Part shown: one piece after another, positions 1 to 8,986 of the stretch
Layout: the number at the start of each line of letters is the position of its first letter
Position numbering within the stretch: position 1 is the first letter of the stretch
Origin: a virus
DNA length: 64,000 nucleotides
Strand: one strand, 5' to 3'
IMG/VR virus record: IMGVR_UViG_3300042433_000146
Location: 1 to 64,000 of that record
Notes under the pieces: generated by a model
Database searches by the model: none
What the model was told of the DNA's origin: nothing
Seen by the model: the letters and a program-made list of their open reading frames with translations, nothing else
Position numbers and translations under genes: made by a program

Positions 1-1
1 G

Positions 2-178
2 CCCTATGAATTGTCGTTGGCAGTCACCGACCGTAGCCTTCAGATGAGTTCAGCGTTCCAGACGTACAGCGCCCAAGCTCACTACGTCTATGCTCGTTTC
101 ACCGCTGTCGGTGCCAACCTCAGTGCCCTGACCGCCGGGTCTGTAGAAATTGCCGTTCGAGTTGTCCCGCTACTCTAG
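2..178 (+). CDS. 3' end of truncated CDS, possibly a virion protein
   Basis: Open frame from the window edge, PYELSLAV...ARFTAVGANLSALTAGSVEIAVRVVPLL, ending at TAG 176-178. Confidence 0.5.
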   Translation, partial: PYELSLAVTDRSLQMSSAFQTYSAQAHYVYARFTAVGANLSALTAGSVEIAVRVVPLL

Positions 179-182
179 TAGC

Positions 183-389
183 ATGACTCATGCTCAATTC
201 AACCGTCTGGTGAACAAACTTCGAAAGAACGAAGTCACCGACGAAGAGGCGGCACATTGCGCCCGGATCATCGATTACTTTGTGGAAATGTGCGATGATC
301 TCCAGAACAGCGAAGATGGAGACGGGAATTCATACGGAGACATCTTCGGTACCGAAGGATGGCAACATCACATCGGAATCGACGACTGA
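183..389 (+). CDS. hypothetical protein
   Basis: ORF track 150..389; ATG 183 follows the upstream stop; terminator follows. Confidence 0.6.
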   Translation: MTHAQFNRLVNKLRKNEVTDEEAAHCARIIDYFVEMCDDLQNSEDGDGNSYGDIFGTEGWQHHIGIDD

Positions 390-396
390 TAAGATT

Positions 397-425
397 GGCC
401 GGGCCTTCGGGTCCGGCCTTTTGCT
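397..425 (+). terminator. intrinsic terminator
   Basis: GGCCGGGCC-TTCG-GGTCCGGCC hairpin followed by TTTTGCTTT. Confidence 0.8.
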
Positions 426-743
426 TTATGCGGATTTCAAATGGTCCGGGTGCCCGGTAACCTGTAGGCCCACCCGATCCGTTTCCACGGCGCGAAGGGT
501 CAACGTCAACAACGGCTCTCCGTTCGGTAACCGCAACGCCACCACCGGCGCATCCAGTTCCAAATAGTCCCGGATCGGTTTGTCCTTCACGATCAGGTTC
601 ATCATCGCCCGTTTGTTGTTCAGGTCAATGGCGATTAGCTGTAAGCCAATTCCCGGAATGTAGTCGATCCGTTCCCGGTGAGCAAACCACCAATAGTTCT
701 CCGGGTTCGGCGGCGGCACGTGTGCAGTGTCAAATGATCGCAT
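426..743 (-). CDS. hypothetical protein
   Basis: 105 aa, abuts the neighbouring minus-strand ORFs. Confidence 0.6.
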   Translation of the reverse strand: MRSFDTAHVPPPNPENYWWFAHRERIDYIPGIGLQLIAIDLNNKRAMMNLIVKDKPIRDYLELDAPVVALRLPNGEPLLTLTLRAVETDRVGLQVTGHPDHLKSA

Positions 744-1066
744 TAGGCTTCCGATCCTTCAAATTGTTTCTGCATGGCTTGGTACACCTTGACATGCTCA
801 GCAACCTTTTCGTATTCCGGCTTCGTCATCGATGTCATCGCGGTGAACATCGGAAAGCCGTTGATTGCACGCGGCCCCGCGTCCGCCATCTTTCCGTAGA
901 AGGCGAATACATCATCGGCGATCAGCTTCTCCCGCTGTTCATCAGTCAAGAAAAGGATCGGCATGAACACCATGCTCAGTATTTCCTTCGGCACTTGCGT
1001 ACTGAATAGGATTCGACCTTCCGCCCATTCGCGGGCGATGTCCTTAAGTTCCCGATCCGGCTTCAT
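743..1066 (-). CDS. hypothetical protein
   Basis: 107 aa, overlapping stop/start junctions. Confidence 0.65.
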   Translation of the reverse strand: MKPDRELKDIAREWAEGRILFSTQVPKEILSMVFMPILFLTDEQREKLIADDVFAFYGKMADAGPRAINGFPMFTAMTSMTKPEYEKVAEHVKVYQAMQKQFEGSEA

Positions 1067-1248
1067 TCTTTCGATGGTATCACTTCGGCGAAGTAGCTCT
1101 CTTCGTCATCCGGGTCCAGCCCTTCTTCCGCGTTCCTTTCCGCCATCCAGTTGTCGGCAAATGCTTGCGCTTCTTCCTCTGTCTCGAACTCATCCGGGAA
1201 TTCCCCGCATGCGCTCTTTCCGTTGTCCCAATAGACCTTCCAAGCCAT
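1063..1248 (-). CDS. small acidic hypothetical protein
   Basis: MAWKVYWDNG..., coupled to neighbours. Confidence 0.6.
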   Translation of the reverse strand: MAWKVYWDNGKSACGEFPDEFETEEEAQAFADNWMAERNAEEGLDPDDEESYFAEVIPSKE

Positions 1249-1691
1249 TAGTCGTGACTCCCGACGTGGGTTTCCCCGTGTTCTTCGCACTTGAAGGCAT
1301 ACGCACATCCACAAGCCTTCGGCGTCGCCTTCTCACAGCACGCAAAATGCTGCTTCAGTTCTTTCTCCCGGCATTCCGGCCCGCACACTCCCTGTGCCAG
1401 ATCCCGCAATGCCAAATCCAACATCGGCCCGCTCATCGCGCCACTACACACCCGGCAACTCATCAGCGGCGATTCCGGCGGCGGCATGTGCGGACCAAGC
1501 ACAACCCACGGTTCCACCGGTGTCATCACCGGCGATTCGATCCACGCTTGCACCACCGACTTGTAAGACGTGGACGGTTGAATTCCCTCACACATCGCAA
1601 TCGCTTCCGCGCGCGTGCCCACATGCACGCCATAGTCAATCGTCCGGCCCCGGTCGATCACGCTGATTCGGAATTTGTAGGTTTCGCTCAT
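1248..1691 (-). CDS. Cys-rich hypothetical protein
   Basis: 147 aa with several CxxC/CxC motifs; first gene after early promoter 1701-1729. Confidence 0.65.
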   Translation of the reverse strand: MSETYKFRISVIDRGRTIDYGVHVGTRAEAIAMCEGIQPSTSYKSVVQAWIESPVMTPVEPWVVLGPHMPPPESPLMSCRVCSGAMSGPMLDLALRDLAQGVCGPECREKELKQHFACCEKATPKACGCAYAFKCEEHGETHVGSHD

Positions 1692-1700
1692 GACATAACC

Positions 1701-1729
1701 ATCATAGCAAACGCTGACATATATGTCAA
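1701..1729 (-). promoter_or_regulatory. early sigma70-type promoter with palindrome
   Basis: TTGACA-17-TATGAT; GACATATATGTC at 1716-1727. Confidence 0.85.
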
Positions 1730-2172
1730 GGCTTCTCTGGCTCCCACGGGAGTCCTACATCTTCACACTTCACAATTGCGGGCGGCTTCCCGAACACGTA
1801 GCGGGAAAGCCAGTACCCGATGCCGTCGCGTGTCATCGGCGATTTCCTGCTCTGTCGATAGAGCTTGATGTCCGGGTTCTGGTTCAGGATCTCGATTTCG
1901 GCGTAAATCAACTGTAGCGCCCCGGCGCATTCCCGCTTCTCTGTCCCTTCCGGCACCACCTTGGTCGATCCGTACTCAGTGCTCCCCGGATCGCTGGCAT
2001 GACACACCATCCCCGGCGCTTCCCCGGTGCGCATCCCGTTCCACAATCGTTTGAGGTTCGCCAGCTTGTACCACCCCGCCGGATGCTTGGTCCCTTGCAG
2101 CTTTTTCCGCCACGGGCAAGTTGCACACACCGATAACGTCTTCTGTGGTTCCGTCTTCTCTTTCATCAACAT
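1726..2172 (-). CDS. Cys-containing hypothetical protein (DUF6283-like pattern)
   Basis: CxxCPWRK...CHAS...CAGAL pattern, recalled family. Confidence 0.55.
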   Translation of the reverse strand: MLMKEKTEPQKTLSVCATCPWRKKLQGTKHPAGWYKLANLKRLWNGMRTGEAPGMVCHASDPGSTEYGSTKVVPEGTEKRECAGALQLIYAEIEILNQNPDIKLYRQSRKSPMTRDGIGYWLSRYVFGKPPAIVKCEDVGLPWEPEKP

Positions 2173-2173
2173 C

Positions 2174-2527
2174 CTATCGGCCTTCCTTCTCTGCCAACCA
2201 TGCCTGATACACCGGGTCATTATTCCGCCGGTACAGGAACAGCGACTTGTTGTTTTCAGCCCACGACTTCTCTCCGTTCACTTCGATGTCATCGATCAGT
2301 TCGTCCCGTAGACCGTGTAGGAGCGTCGCGGCGGCTTCGTCGTGCGCTACATGGTGCGCAGCACCCCACAACAGTCCGGTCGCTTCCCGGCCCTCTAACG
2401 TGAACAACTCCATCCGCTCTTCGTCGGAATACTTCTTCGGGTCTTCTTTGTAGTACTCAGACTTCGGCGTCATGTGCCCAAGAACGGTACCGGTCGCGGT
2501 CTTCAGGATGTGGACGCTGTTACTCAT
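2174..2527 (-). CDS. hypothetical protein
   Basis: 117 aa, directly after early promoter. Confidence 0.6.
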   Translation of the reverse strand: MSNSVHILKTATGTVLGHMTPKSEYYKEDPKKYSDEERMELFTLEGREATGLLWGAAHHVAHDEAAATLLHGLRDELIDDIEVNGEKSWAENNKSLFLYRRNNDPVYQAWLAEKEGR

Positions 2528-2536
2528 GACACCCTT

Positions 2537-2565
2537 ATGATGTCACACCACGACATATATGTCAA
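2537..2565 (-). promoter_or_regulatory. early promoter with palindrome
   Basis: TTGACA-17-CATCAT; GACATATATGTC at 2552-2563. Confidence 0.7.
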
Positions 2566-2942
2566 TAGGCGGCGATCAAGAATTCTTGTGCGATCTCCGG
2601 GTGAGAAGGGAACCACGCGGCCCACTCCGTCTTCAGAAGTTCCTTGGCGATGTCCGGCGGCACCGGACAGTTATGCATGCTACCCTTCCGGTCTTCCAGA
2701 AAGAATGCCATCCGCCCTTCGGACAGATACTCTGCCAACAGATCCCGCGCATTCTGTACGGCCAGCCGTTTCGAACGATGAGCGGCACACGGGCGCGCAT
2801 AGCTACGGAACATCACCGCTCCTTTCTTGTCCCGGTGCAGAACACACACTATCGCTTCCAGATAGGAATAATTCTTTGCCGCACCTTTGACAATGGCGTT
2901 GCCAACCGTTATCACGACCGGCGGTTTCGATTGATTCTCCAT
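2562..2942 (-). CDS. hypothetical protein
   Basis: 126 aa ORF. Confidence 0.55.
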   Translation of the reverse strand: MENQSKPPVVITVGNAIVKGAAKNYSYLEAIVCVLHRDKKGAVMFRSYARPCAAHRSKRLAVQNARDLLAEYLSEGRMAFFLEDRKGSMHNCPVPPDIAKELLKTEWAAWFPSHPEIAQEFLIAAY

Positions 2943-2947
2943 AAATA
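2942..2947 (+). promoter_or_regulatory. T4-type late promoter
   Basis: TAAATA 6 nt before ATG 2954. Confidence 0.7.
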
Positions 2948-2953
2948 CCCTCT

Positions 2954-3241
2954 ATGTTGACATTTGCCGAATTCTGCGAACAGGACCAACCCCTCAACAA
3001 ACCCATGCGCGGGGACGTTAAGAAGTTCAAGGTCTATGTGAAAGATCCCGATACCGGCAACGTCAAAAAAGTAAACTTCGGGGACAAGGACATGGAAATC
3101 AAGCGCGACGATCCCGAACGGCGCAAGGCTTTCCGTGCCCGGCATAACTGCGACGACGCCAAAGACAAAACCACTCCCCGGTATTGGTCTTGCCAGATGT
3201 GGCGCGCCGATAAGAGTGTCAGCGACTTGTTGGACCGCTAA
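2954..3241 (+). CDS. conserved T4-like phage protein (DUF6321-like) with capsid-targeting-like N-terminus
   Basis: KKFKVYVKDP...VKKVNFGD...RRKAFRARHNC...RYWSC; N-terminus MLTFAEFCE; late promoter. Confidence 0.75.
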   Translation: MLTFAEFCEQDQPLNKPMRGDVKKFKVYVKDPDTGNVKKVNFGDKDMEIKRDDPERRKAFRARHNCDDAKDKTTPRYWSCQMWRADKSVSDLLDR

Positions 3242-3593
3242 ACGCCCGCCTCAGCGCAATCGTGACTTCGAGGAAGTGAATCTCTTCCGGCACCAGATTG
3301 TCGCGGTTCTCTGCCAAGTAGGTTTCGACTTCCGACACATCCTTGTGCTCTTGGGTGAACGCGGCAACGTCGCGTTCGTTCTCCACTTCCAGCACGCGGT
3401 CTAAGGCGTCACTGTACGCGGCCTTCAGCCGCCGCTGGTCATCGGTCAACCCTTCTTCCCCGGCGCGCGTGTGGGGCTTCCCATCGCGACAGGAACGCAA
3501 TCCACACGTGATGCACTCCCGGCATACCGTACAGTATTCGTGATCGGCATAGGCGTCCGCGTCGCCGATGTGGGTGTATTCTTCGTCGTTCAT
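3219..3593 (-). CDS. hypothetical protein
   Basis: MNDEEYTHIG start, ATGA-coupled to the upstream ORF. Confidence 0.55.
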   Translation of the reverse strand: MNDEEYTHIGDADAYADHEYCTVCRECITCGLRSCRDGKPHTRAGEEGLTDDQRRLKAAYSDALDRVLEVENERDVAAFTQEHKDVSEVETYLAENRDNLVPEEIHFLEVTIALRRAFSGPTSR

Positions 3594-3955
3594 CGTGGCT
3601 CCATCATACCACTCATATGTCGCCCCGGACAAACATCCCAATGTGCCCGGAACAGATCCGCCGGATACCGCCGCATACAGAAGTTGCACGTGCGCTTGTT
3701 CTGCTCAATCGTCCCGGTGAACTCTTCCTTACATTCCGGGATCTTCCCTAGCATCGTCGTCGGCAACGGCTTCTCCCCGCTAATGAAGTCCACCGCGTCC
3801 GCCAGCGCTTCCTTCTTCCCGTACACCCCGGATGTCCACGCTTTGTTGTTTGCTTCGTTGGTCAGGATGATGTACCACGTTCGACCGACCGAACAGCGTA
3901 CCGTGGCGGTCAGTTTCCCGTGGCGGAATTCGAATTCGTTCTGGCGGCGCGGCAT
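3590..3955 (-). CDS. hypothetical protein
   Basis: 121 aa, C-terminal CxxC/H/C. Confidence 0.6.
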   Translation of the reverse strand: MPRRQNEFEFRHGKLTATVRCSVGRTWYIILTNEANNKAWTSGVYGKKEALADAVDFISGEKPLPTTMLGKIPECKEEFTGTIEQNKRTCNFCMRRYPADLFRAHWDVCPGRHMSGMMEPR

Positions 3956-3958
3956 CGG

Positions 3959-4303
3959 TTACTCCTGTGGGATCATCAGCTTCGGCATGCGGCACCCGCT
4001 GTACCCGCATTCAATCTGCATGGGTTTCGTTTCGCCCCGGAACAGCGTACAGGTCACGTAGCCGTCCGCGTCCGTGTCGTAGCGGTTGCATTCAATGCTG
4101 GTCACTCCCGGCACGTGCGCGGCGTACTTCGTCGCTTCCTTGGTCGCAAGTTCCTGCATCCCGCCGGATAGGTTCCACAACCACGATCCAACCACCAGCG
4201 CAAACACGGCGGCGAAGAAAATGCCGAAGATGCTGAACGTACAGCCGAACAGCTTGAAGGGGAAACGGGGTCCGTTGTCGATGTTAAAGTTACGCGATCT
4301 CAT
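3959..4303 (-). CDS. membrane-anchored hypothetical protein
   Basis: Hydrophobic segment LFGCTFSIFGIFFAAVFALVVGSWLW followed by four Cys. Confidence 0.65.
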   Translation of the reverse strand: MRSRNFNIDNGPRFPFKLFGCTFSIFGIFFAAVFALVVGSWLWNLSGGMQELATKEATKYAAHVPGVTSIECNRYDTDADGYVTCTLFRGETKPMQIECGYSGCRMPKLMIPQE

Positions 4304-4706
4304 ATGTCTCCAGAAAGTTAGCGTAGGCGGCGCGGTCTTCAGCGCTCAGGCGTCCGATCATCCGCTCATAGTCCGCCATCGTCATGTGGTTCAGGTGAGC
4401 CGGTAGCTCATTGCGGTAGGCACCGGCGTAGAAGTTCAGGTGACGTTCAATGTGCATCACCAGCGTAGGGGCATCGGCGTAGGAGCGGTCGCGGCTCAGA
4501 TCGTACCGCCCGCTGTACGTTTCACCATCAACGAACGTTACCTTGAAATCACACTTGTGGTACCCACCGTTATCCGGCGCGGTACGTGCCCACCGGGTCA
4601 GTGTCTCTTCGGCGGCGGCGAAGTTCGGCACCGTCACCACCACACATTCACTCACCAGCCCTTCGGCGCGTTCAAGTTCAATGCTCTTTACGGGAATCTT
4701 ACTCAT
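4290..4706 (-). CDS. LPD25-like (polyvalent-protein-associated domain) protein
   Basis: ERAEG...WARTAPDNGGYHKCDFKVTFVDGETYSGRYDL, recalled motif; SD GGAGAG. Confidence 0.55.
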   Translation of the reverse strand: MSKIPVKSIELERAEGLVSECVVVTVPNFAAAEETLTRWARTAPDNGGYHKCDFKVTFVDGETYSGRYDLSRDRSYADAPTLVMHIERHLNFYAGAYRNELPAHLNHMTMADYERMIGRLSAEDRAAYANFLETYEIA

Positions 4707-4726
4707 GTCGTTTTCTCTCCACTCAC

Positions 4727-4755
4727 AGAATAGCAAAACCCGACTTATATGTCAA
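4727..4755 (-). promoter_or_regulatory. early promoter with palindrome
   Basis: TTGACA-17-TATTCT; GACTTATATGTC at 4742-4753. Confidence 0.8.
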
Positions 4756-4800
4756 CACAGAATTTGATCCGATCTCAAAATTGATACTCTAACTATTGGT

Positions 4801-5634
4801 ATGTCTATCGTACACGCCATCAAATCCCTGCTAGCTCTTTCAGTTGGAGACGCTTTCGGGGAAAACGAGTTACGGATCGTCCTGCCACGCGACGGCGGTC
4901 CACAGCGATATTTCTGGACCGACGATACCGCAATGGCAATCTCTATCGTCCGGTGTCTGGCGGAAGACGGTCGTATCCTTCAGGACAAACTAGCCGGGTA
5001 CTTTGCCGAACGGTACCATGCCGATCCTCAGCGCGGATATGGTCGCGGTACGGCCAGTATGTTGGATGCCATCTATCAGACGGGTGAATGGCGGCAACTC
5101 TCAGCGAATTGGTGGGGCGAAGGTATTGGGTCATTCGGCAACGGCGCGGCTATGCGCGTCGCTCCCCTTGGCGCATTCTATACCGACATCGACACCGTGG
5201 TGCAAGAGGCCCGCTACAGTGCGCAAGTGACCCACGACCACCCGGAAGCCATCGCGGGCGCTATCGGCGTCGCTGTGGCCGCATTGCTGGCAACGCATAG
5301 CACATGGTCATGGGACGCAATCATCGGCGCAATCCCTCCGTCCGTCGTCCGGGATCGTACCGTCCACGTGAGTCAAATGGGAAGGGAATCTCATCTTACA
5401 GTCGCGGGCGCGGTCGGTAAAGGATCTGAAGTGTCGGCAATGGACACCGTACCGTACTGTCTATGGGCGGCGCATCGGGCGTTGGTTGTTAATGACTTTG
5501 CGGAATCCATGCAACAGATCACCAGCGTGGGCGGTGATACCGACACCAATTGCGCCATCGTCGCGGGCATTATCGGCAATCGTGTCACCATCCCACAAGA
5601 TTGGATCGACCGGACGGAGAAGTTCAATGTTTGA
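4801..5634 (+). CDS. ADP-ribosylglycohydrolase (DraG/ARH family)
   Basis: GDAFG, WTDDT, GNGAAMR, THDHP, GGDTDTNCAIVAG motifs. Confidence 0.93.
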   Translation: MSIVHAIKSLLALSVGDAFGENELRIVLPRDGGPQRYFWTDDTAMAISIVRCLAEDGRILQDKLAGYFAERYHADPQRGYGRGTASMLDAIYQTGEWRQLSANWWGEGIGSFGNGAAMRVAPLGAFYTDIDTVVQEARYSAQVTHDHPEAIAGAIGVAVAALLATHSTWSWDAIIGAIPPSVVRDRTVHVSQMGRESHLTVAGAVGKGSEVSAMDTVPYCLWAAHRALVVNDFAESMQQITSVGGDTDTNCAIVAGIIGNRVTIPQDWIDRTEKFNV

Positions 5635-5830
5635 AGTTCACATCAAAGGATTCAAAACGCTCGAAGCGGCGCAACAGTTTGCCTCATGGTTCGACAACCA
5701 AGGCGAACAGGACATCACCTATTGGTGGGAACCCCGGCTTGATGAAGGTATGCCGGTCGGAAAGGCACCCCGGACGAAAGGTCCGGCGGATACCACCGGC
5801 AACGTCGTCACAATGACGGTTTCGAATTGA
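5627..5830 (+). CDS. hypothetical protein
   Basis: MFEVHIKGFK..., overlaps the ARH stop. Confidence 0.55.
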   Translation: MFEVHIKGFKTLEAAQQFASWFDNQGEQDITYWWEPRLDEGMPVGKAPRTKGPADTTGNVVTMTVSN

Positions 5831-5993
5831 ACCGCCGGGCGGTGTCCGTCAGTTCTTCCTCAGTGGGGATATGATCGAAGCACGTGGTCACCGCGCGCGT
5901 CGTCTCCCGGCACGTGACGTTCCACCACCGTTCGTTCAGCGGGTGTTGCTCAACAATCACCCGCACCCCTTCAATCGTTCTGTCTATCCTCAT
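5808..5993 (-). CDS. hypothetical protein
   Basis: MRIDRTIEG..., preceded by palindrome 6003-6014. Confidence 0.5.
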   Translation of the reverse strand: MRIDRTIEGVRVIVEQHPLNERWWNVTCRETTRAVTTCFDHIPTEEELTDTARRFNSKPSL

Positions 5994-6001
5994 TCTCACC
6001 C

Positions 6002-6015
6002 CGACATATATGTCG
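6002..6015. promoter_or_regulatory. palindromic site without a -35 box
   Basis: CGACATATATGTCG, perfect 14-bp inverted repeat. Confidence 0.65.
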
Positions 6016-6531
6016 TCACTTGACAAAGGTTTTCTTGGCCGGGTCCCACGTGACGGTATTCAGATCCACCCCGGCGGTCAGCATCAATCGGCGTTGCTCT
6101 TCCCTTTCCTTTCCGCCGGGAATGTTGTACAGCCGGGCGGACGGGTCGGCAAAGGGTAACGTAATGGTTTGGCCGGGATTGGTCGTGATGGACCGTTCAC
6201 ACTGCCTAATGCACCACTTGTTTATGTACGTGGCGTTCGGGATTGTGGTTGCCGCTGGTTTCCCGTCACCACCTTCCCACGTCTGCGGGTGAGACGGGGC
6301 GGTACTGACTTCGTTGTCGGCAAGGAAAGCGTAGTCGTCAAAGTTTTCCCGGTCGATTCCCCGATAGATGGTATTGCTCCCTGCGTCGTTACAAGCCCGC
6401 TCCCCGATGACGGCACCGTTCGAGTCGAAATAGACGGCGGGGCGCAAATTGATTCCCCATGCCTTGTCACACCGTCCGTCGCACGATACCACCTGTAGTT
6501 TCCCAAAGTAGGGAATCGTTTTGCTTAACAT
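6016..6531 (-). CDS. hypothetical protein
   Basis: CDGRCDKAWGIN...NKWCIRQCERS. Confidence 0.6.
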   Translation of the reverse strand: MLSKTIPYFGKLQVVSCDGRCDKAWGINLRPAVYFDSNGAVIGERACNDAGSNTIYRGIDRENFDDYAFLADNEVSTAPSHPQTWEGGDGKPAATTIPNATYINKWCIRQCERSITTNPGQTITLPFADPSARLYNIPGGKEREEQRRLMLTAGVDLNTVTWDPAKKTFVK

Positions 6532-6535
6532 TGTC

Positions 6536-6877
6536 TTAATCCACCTTGAAATCGGCCTTGAGCCGGTCATAGATGTCGCCCCGTTCGGCGGGCGGCAACT
6601 TCTCCAACAGCGCGATCAGCTTGAAGGCTTCATCGGCGTCCACGTAGACGAACCCGTACTTACGCGGCGGGCGATTGTCTGCGTGGTAGTCGCGGGCCAT
6701 GCGCACGATGAAATCACCGCGTCCAATTTCTCCGCGTTCCCGCTTCTCCATCGGGATAATATCGGTCACCCGGTACCCGTCCACGAATTCCTGTTTGAAG
6801 GCGGCGCGGGCGGCTTCGCCTAAAACGGCGGCGGTCAGTTCGGCGTACCGCATTGGTTCTTTGTTATCGAGTGGCAT
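6536..6877 (-). CDS. hypothetical protein
   Basis: 113 aa, in operon. Confidence 0.6.
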   Translation of the reverse strand: MPLDNKEPMRYAELTAAVLGEAARAAFKQEFVDGYRVTDIIPMEKRERGEIGRGDFIVRMARDYHADNRPPRKYGFVYVDADEAFKLIALLEKLPPAERGDIYDRLKADFKVD

Positions 6878-7247
6878 TGTAGTCCTTCCAGATGTCGATC
6901 CACGTGGTCCACACAGGATTGTAGTTCGTCGCGTAGTAGGTTAACAGTTCGGCGTGCTTCCGGTCCAGTTCCGCCATGTCGTTGATTTTGAACAGGGATG
7001 CCAGCGTACCCGACGACAACGATCTCAGATCGCTCATCAGTCCGGTATGGGGCGCGGGATCGGGCGGAATCACCGGAACCGGTTCCGGTGTAGCAGTCAC
7101 CGGCGTGACATTGGCCGGGACAGCCGTCACGGGTTTCACCGGGCGGCGTACCGGCGTGAGTGTCTTCCGGTCCAGTTCGATACCAAGGACCATCGGAACA
7201 TCCATGTCCCGGACTTTCAGTTTGTCAGGATTGGGGCGGCGTGCCAT
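6864..7247 (-). CDS. hypothetical protein with Pro-rich linker
   Basis: 127 aa, in operon. Confidence 0.6.
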   Translation of the reverse strand: MARRPNPDKLKVRDMDVPMVLGIELDRKTLTPVRRPVKPVTAVPANVTPVTATPEPVPVIPPDPAPHTGLMSDLRSLSSGTLASLFKINDMAELDRKHAELLTYYATNYNPVWTTWIDIWKDYNATR

Positions 7248-7248
7248 G

Positions 7249-7827
7249 TTAGTTCTCCAAGCTCAACCGGGCCAGCTTCTTGCGAAGATTGATTCGTACT
7301 TCCGCGTCCACCGGCGTACCGTTCCCCACGGCGGCGACCACCAGCGCATAGAGCATTTCCGTTTCGACGGCGTTGAGAGTCAGCGTCACGGGCGGCGCGG
7401 CCTTCGCTTCGGCGTACCGTACCGCGTCAAGGAAGTGAGCCGTCGTCTGGTTCTTCTGCATTTCAGCGTACAGCCCGGCATGCTTCCGGTAGGTTTCCAC
7501 CGTGCAAACACCCTTCATCGGCGGCTGAAGAGCCGGATCGCCGATGGCCTTCCAGCCGACCGACTCACACGCGAAGTAGAGCACCCGCAAACCATCTGTC
7601 AGCATCAGCACATCACCGACGCTCATGGAGCGGTTCTTGTAGTCCGCCGGATGGTCCATGTTGAACTTCTCGAACAGCTTCTCACACGCGGCCTTCGCAT
7701 CGGCGGCGTCGATCTCACCGGTGTATGCCTTCTCAAGCAAGGCACCGGGGCGGTACCCATCAAAGTTGATGTAGGCCCGCGTCGGGTCGAACGTCACGTT
7801 CACAAAAAACTCATAGCTGAAAGTCAT
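7249..7827 (-). CDS. YodL-like domain protein
   Basis: LFEKFNMDHPADYKNRSMSVGDVL...YFACESVGW. Confidence 0.7.
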   Translation of the reverse strand: MTFSYEFFVNVTFDPTRAYINFDGYRPGALLEKAYTGEIDAADAKAACEKLFEKFNMDHPADYKNRSMSVGDVLMLTDGLRVLYFACESVGWKAIGDPALQPPMKGVCTVETYRKHAGLYAEMQKNQTTAHFLDAVRYAEAKAAPPVTLTLNAVETEMLYALVVAAVGNGTPVDAEVRINLRKKLARLSLEN

Positions 7828-7850
7828 AGTTCGTTTCTCTCTCCATACTC

Positions 7851-7880
7851 AGAGTAGCAAACGGGCGACATATATGTCAA
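7851..7880 (-). promoter_or_regulatory. early promoter with palindrome
   Basis: TTGACA-18-TACTCT; GACATATATGTC at 7867-7878. Confidence 0.8.
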
Positions 7881-7903
7881 GTAAAAAAATCACTCATTGC
7901 TCC

Positions 7904-7937
7904 AGAACACTGAGAACACTGAGAACACTGAGAACAC
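7904..7937. repeat. tandem 9-bp repeat AGAACACTG x3.8
   Basis: Intergenic, upstream of the ParB-like gene. Confidence 0.9.
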
Positions 7938-8006
7938 GCACAAAGCGCTGAAAATAAAGGATAGTTTCCATTTTTCGCTTCCCGAAAAAGCCCATATACT
8001 GAACCC

Positions 8007-8975
8007 ATGTACATCAACTACGCGGAGGACAACGTTTTCAAAATGCTTGTCACTCCAGAGCATGCGGCTGGATGGTTGCCGCATAATGCAAACAACCGTC
8101 GTGTCGATGCGGCAAACGTTGCCCGCATCGTAGAGAACATGGAGGCCAATACATTCCGGTATCAGGGTGACACCATTCGGTTCACCAAGTCGGGGCGTAT
8201 GATCGACGGCCAGCACCGGCTGATTGCCTGTGTGATGACGCAGCGTCCGTTTTGGGCCATCATCGTCACGGGGTTGGATGAGGACGTATCGCGCACCATC
8301 GACACCGGCAAGATCCGCACTCTCTCGAACGTGTTGGACCTGAACGAAGGACAGAGCACTCTCAACACGAACTACGCATCAATCACCCAAGCCTTGATGC
8401 AATACGAACTGCAAGGATTGCAGGGCATCCTGACGAACAATGTCACGGTCACGAAGGACCAGTTGTACTCTCTGTTCAAAGAACAAGAATCGGAGATTAT
8501 CACCGCGACCAATTACACCCGGCGCGCCACCGGCGTGAAGTTGTTGACGGCGAAGATGGAAGGATTCTTCTATGTGCTCTTCCATCGCGCGGATCATGTG
8601 AAGGCCAAGGAGTTCTTCGACGGCCTGAATGACGGCATCGGTCTGACGGCGGATTCTCCGGTACGGAACCTTCGGGATCGTCTCATCAACGCGAATGCGG
8701 CGAAGCTCAAGGCTCATCTGCTCAGCAACCGGGAGATTGTCGGCATCGTGGTCAAGGCGTGGAATGCCTTCATGACCAATACCCCGGTCAAGTCTTTGCG
8801 GTTCTCAACCAACGAATCCTTCCCGTCCATCTATGGGTTGCCGGATGTGGAGCGGGTGAAGAATCTCGTTTCCAGCGGAGATTTCCGCAAACAGTTGCGG
8901 GCGGTTCTGAAGGACATGTTTGATCGCATCAGCGAAGAGGACCTGTTCCAAATCGCCGGTTCGATCCATTCCTAA
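8007..8975 (+). CDS. ParB N-terminal-like domain protein
   Basis: NNRRVD...DTIRFTKSGRMIDGQHRLIA; TATACT 6 nt before ATG. Confidence 0.7.
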   Translation: MYINYAEDNVFKMLVTPEHAAGWLPHNANNRRVDAANVARIVENMEANTFRYQGDTIRFTKSGRMIDGQHRLIACVMTQRPFWAIIVTGLDEDVSRTIDTGKIRTLSNVLDLNEGQSTLNTNYASITQALMQYELQGLQGILTNNVTVTKDQLYSLFKEQESEIITATNYTRRATGVKLLTAKMEGFFYVLFHRADHVKAKEFFDGLNDGIGLTADSPVRNLRDRLINANAAKLKAHLLSNREIVGIVVKAWNAFMTNTPVKSLRFSTNESFPSIYGLPDVERVKNLVSSGDFRKQLRAVLKDMFDRISEEDLFQIAGSIHS

Positions 8976-8986
8976 CCCCTCAAACA

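Noticed and set aside
426-590. CsrA-like similarity in the C-terminal half of 426..743
   Set aside because: Only a beta-strand pattern; the conserved CsrA N-terminal LxLxR and HRxE motifs are absent.
963-1868. Long plus-strand ORFs such as 963..1868, 6976..7857, 11775..12416 (-), 48313..48999 (-) and 57416..58369
   Set aside because: Arg/Pro/His-rich shadow frames overlapping better-supported genes, expected at this GC content.
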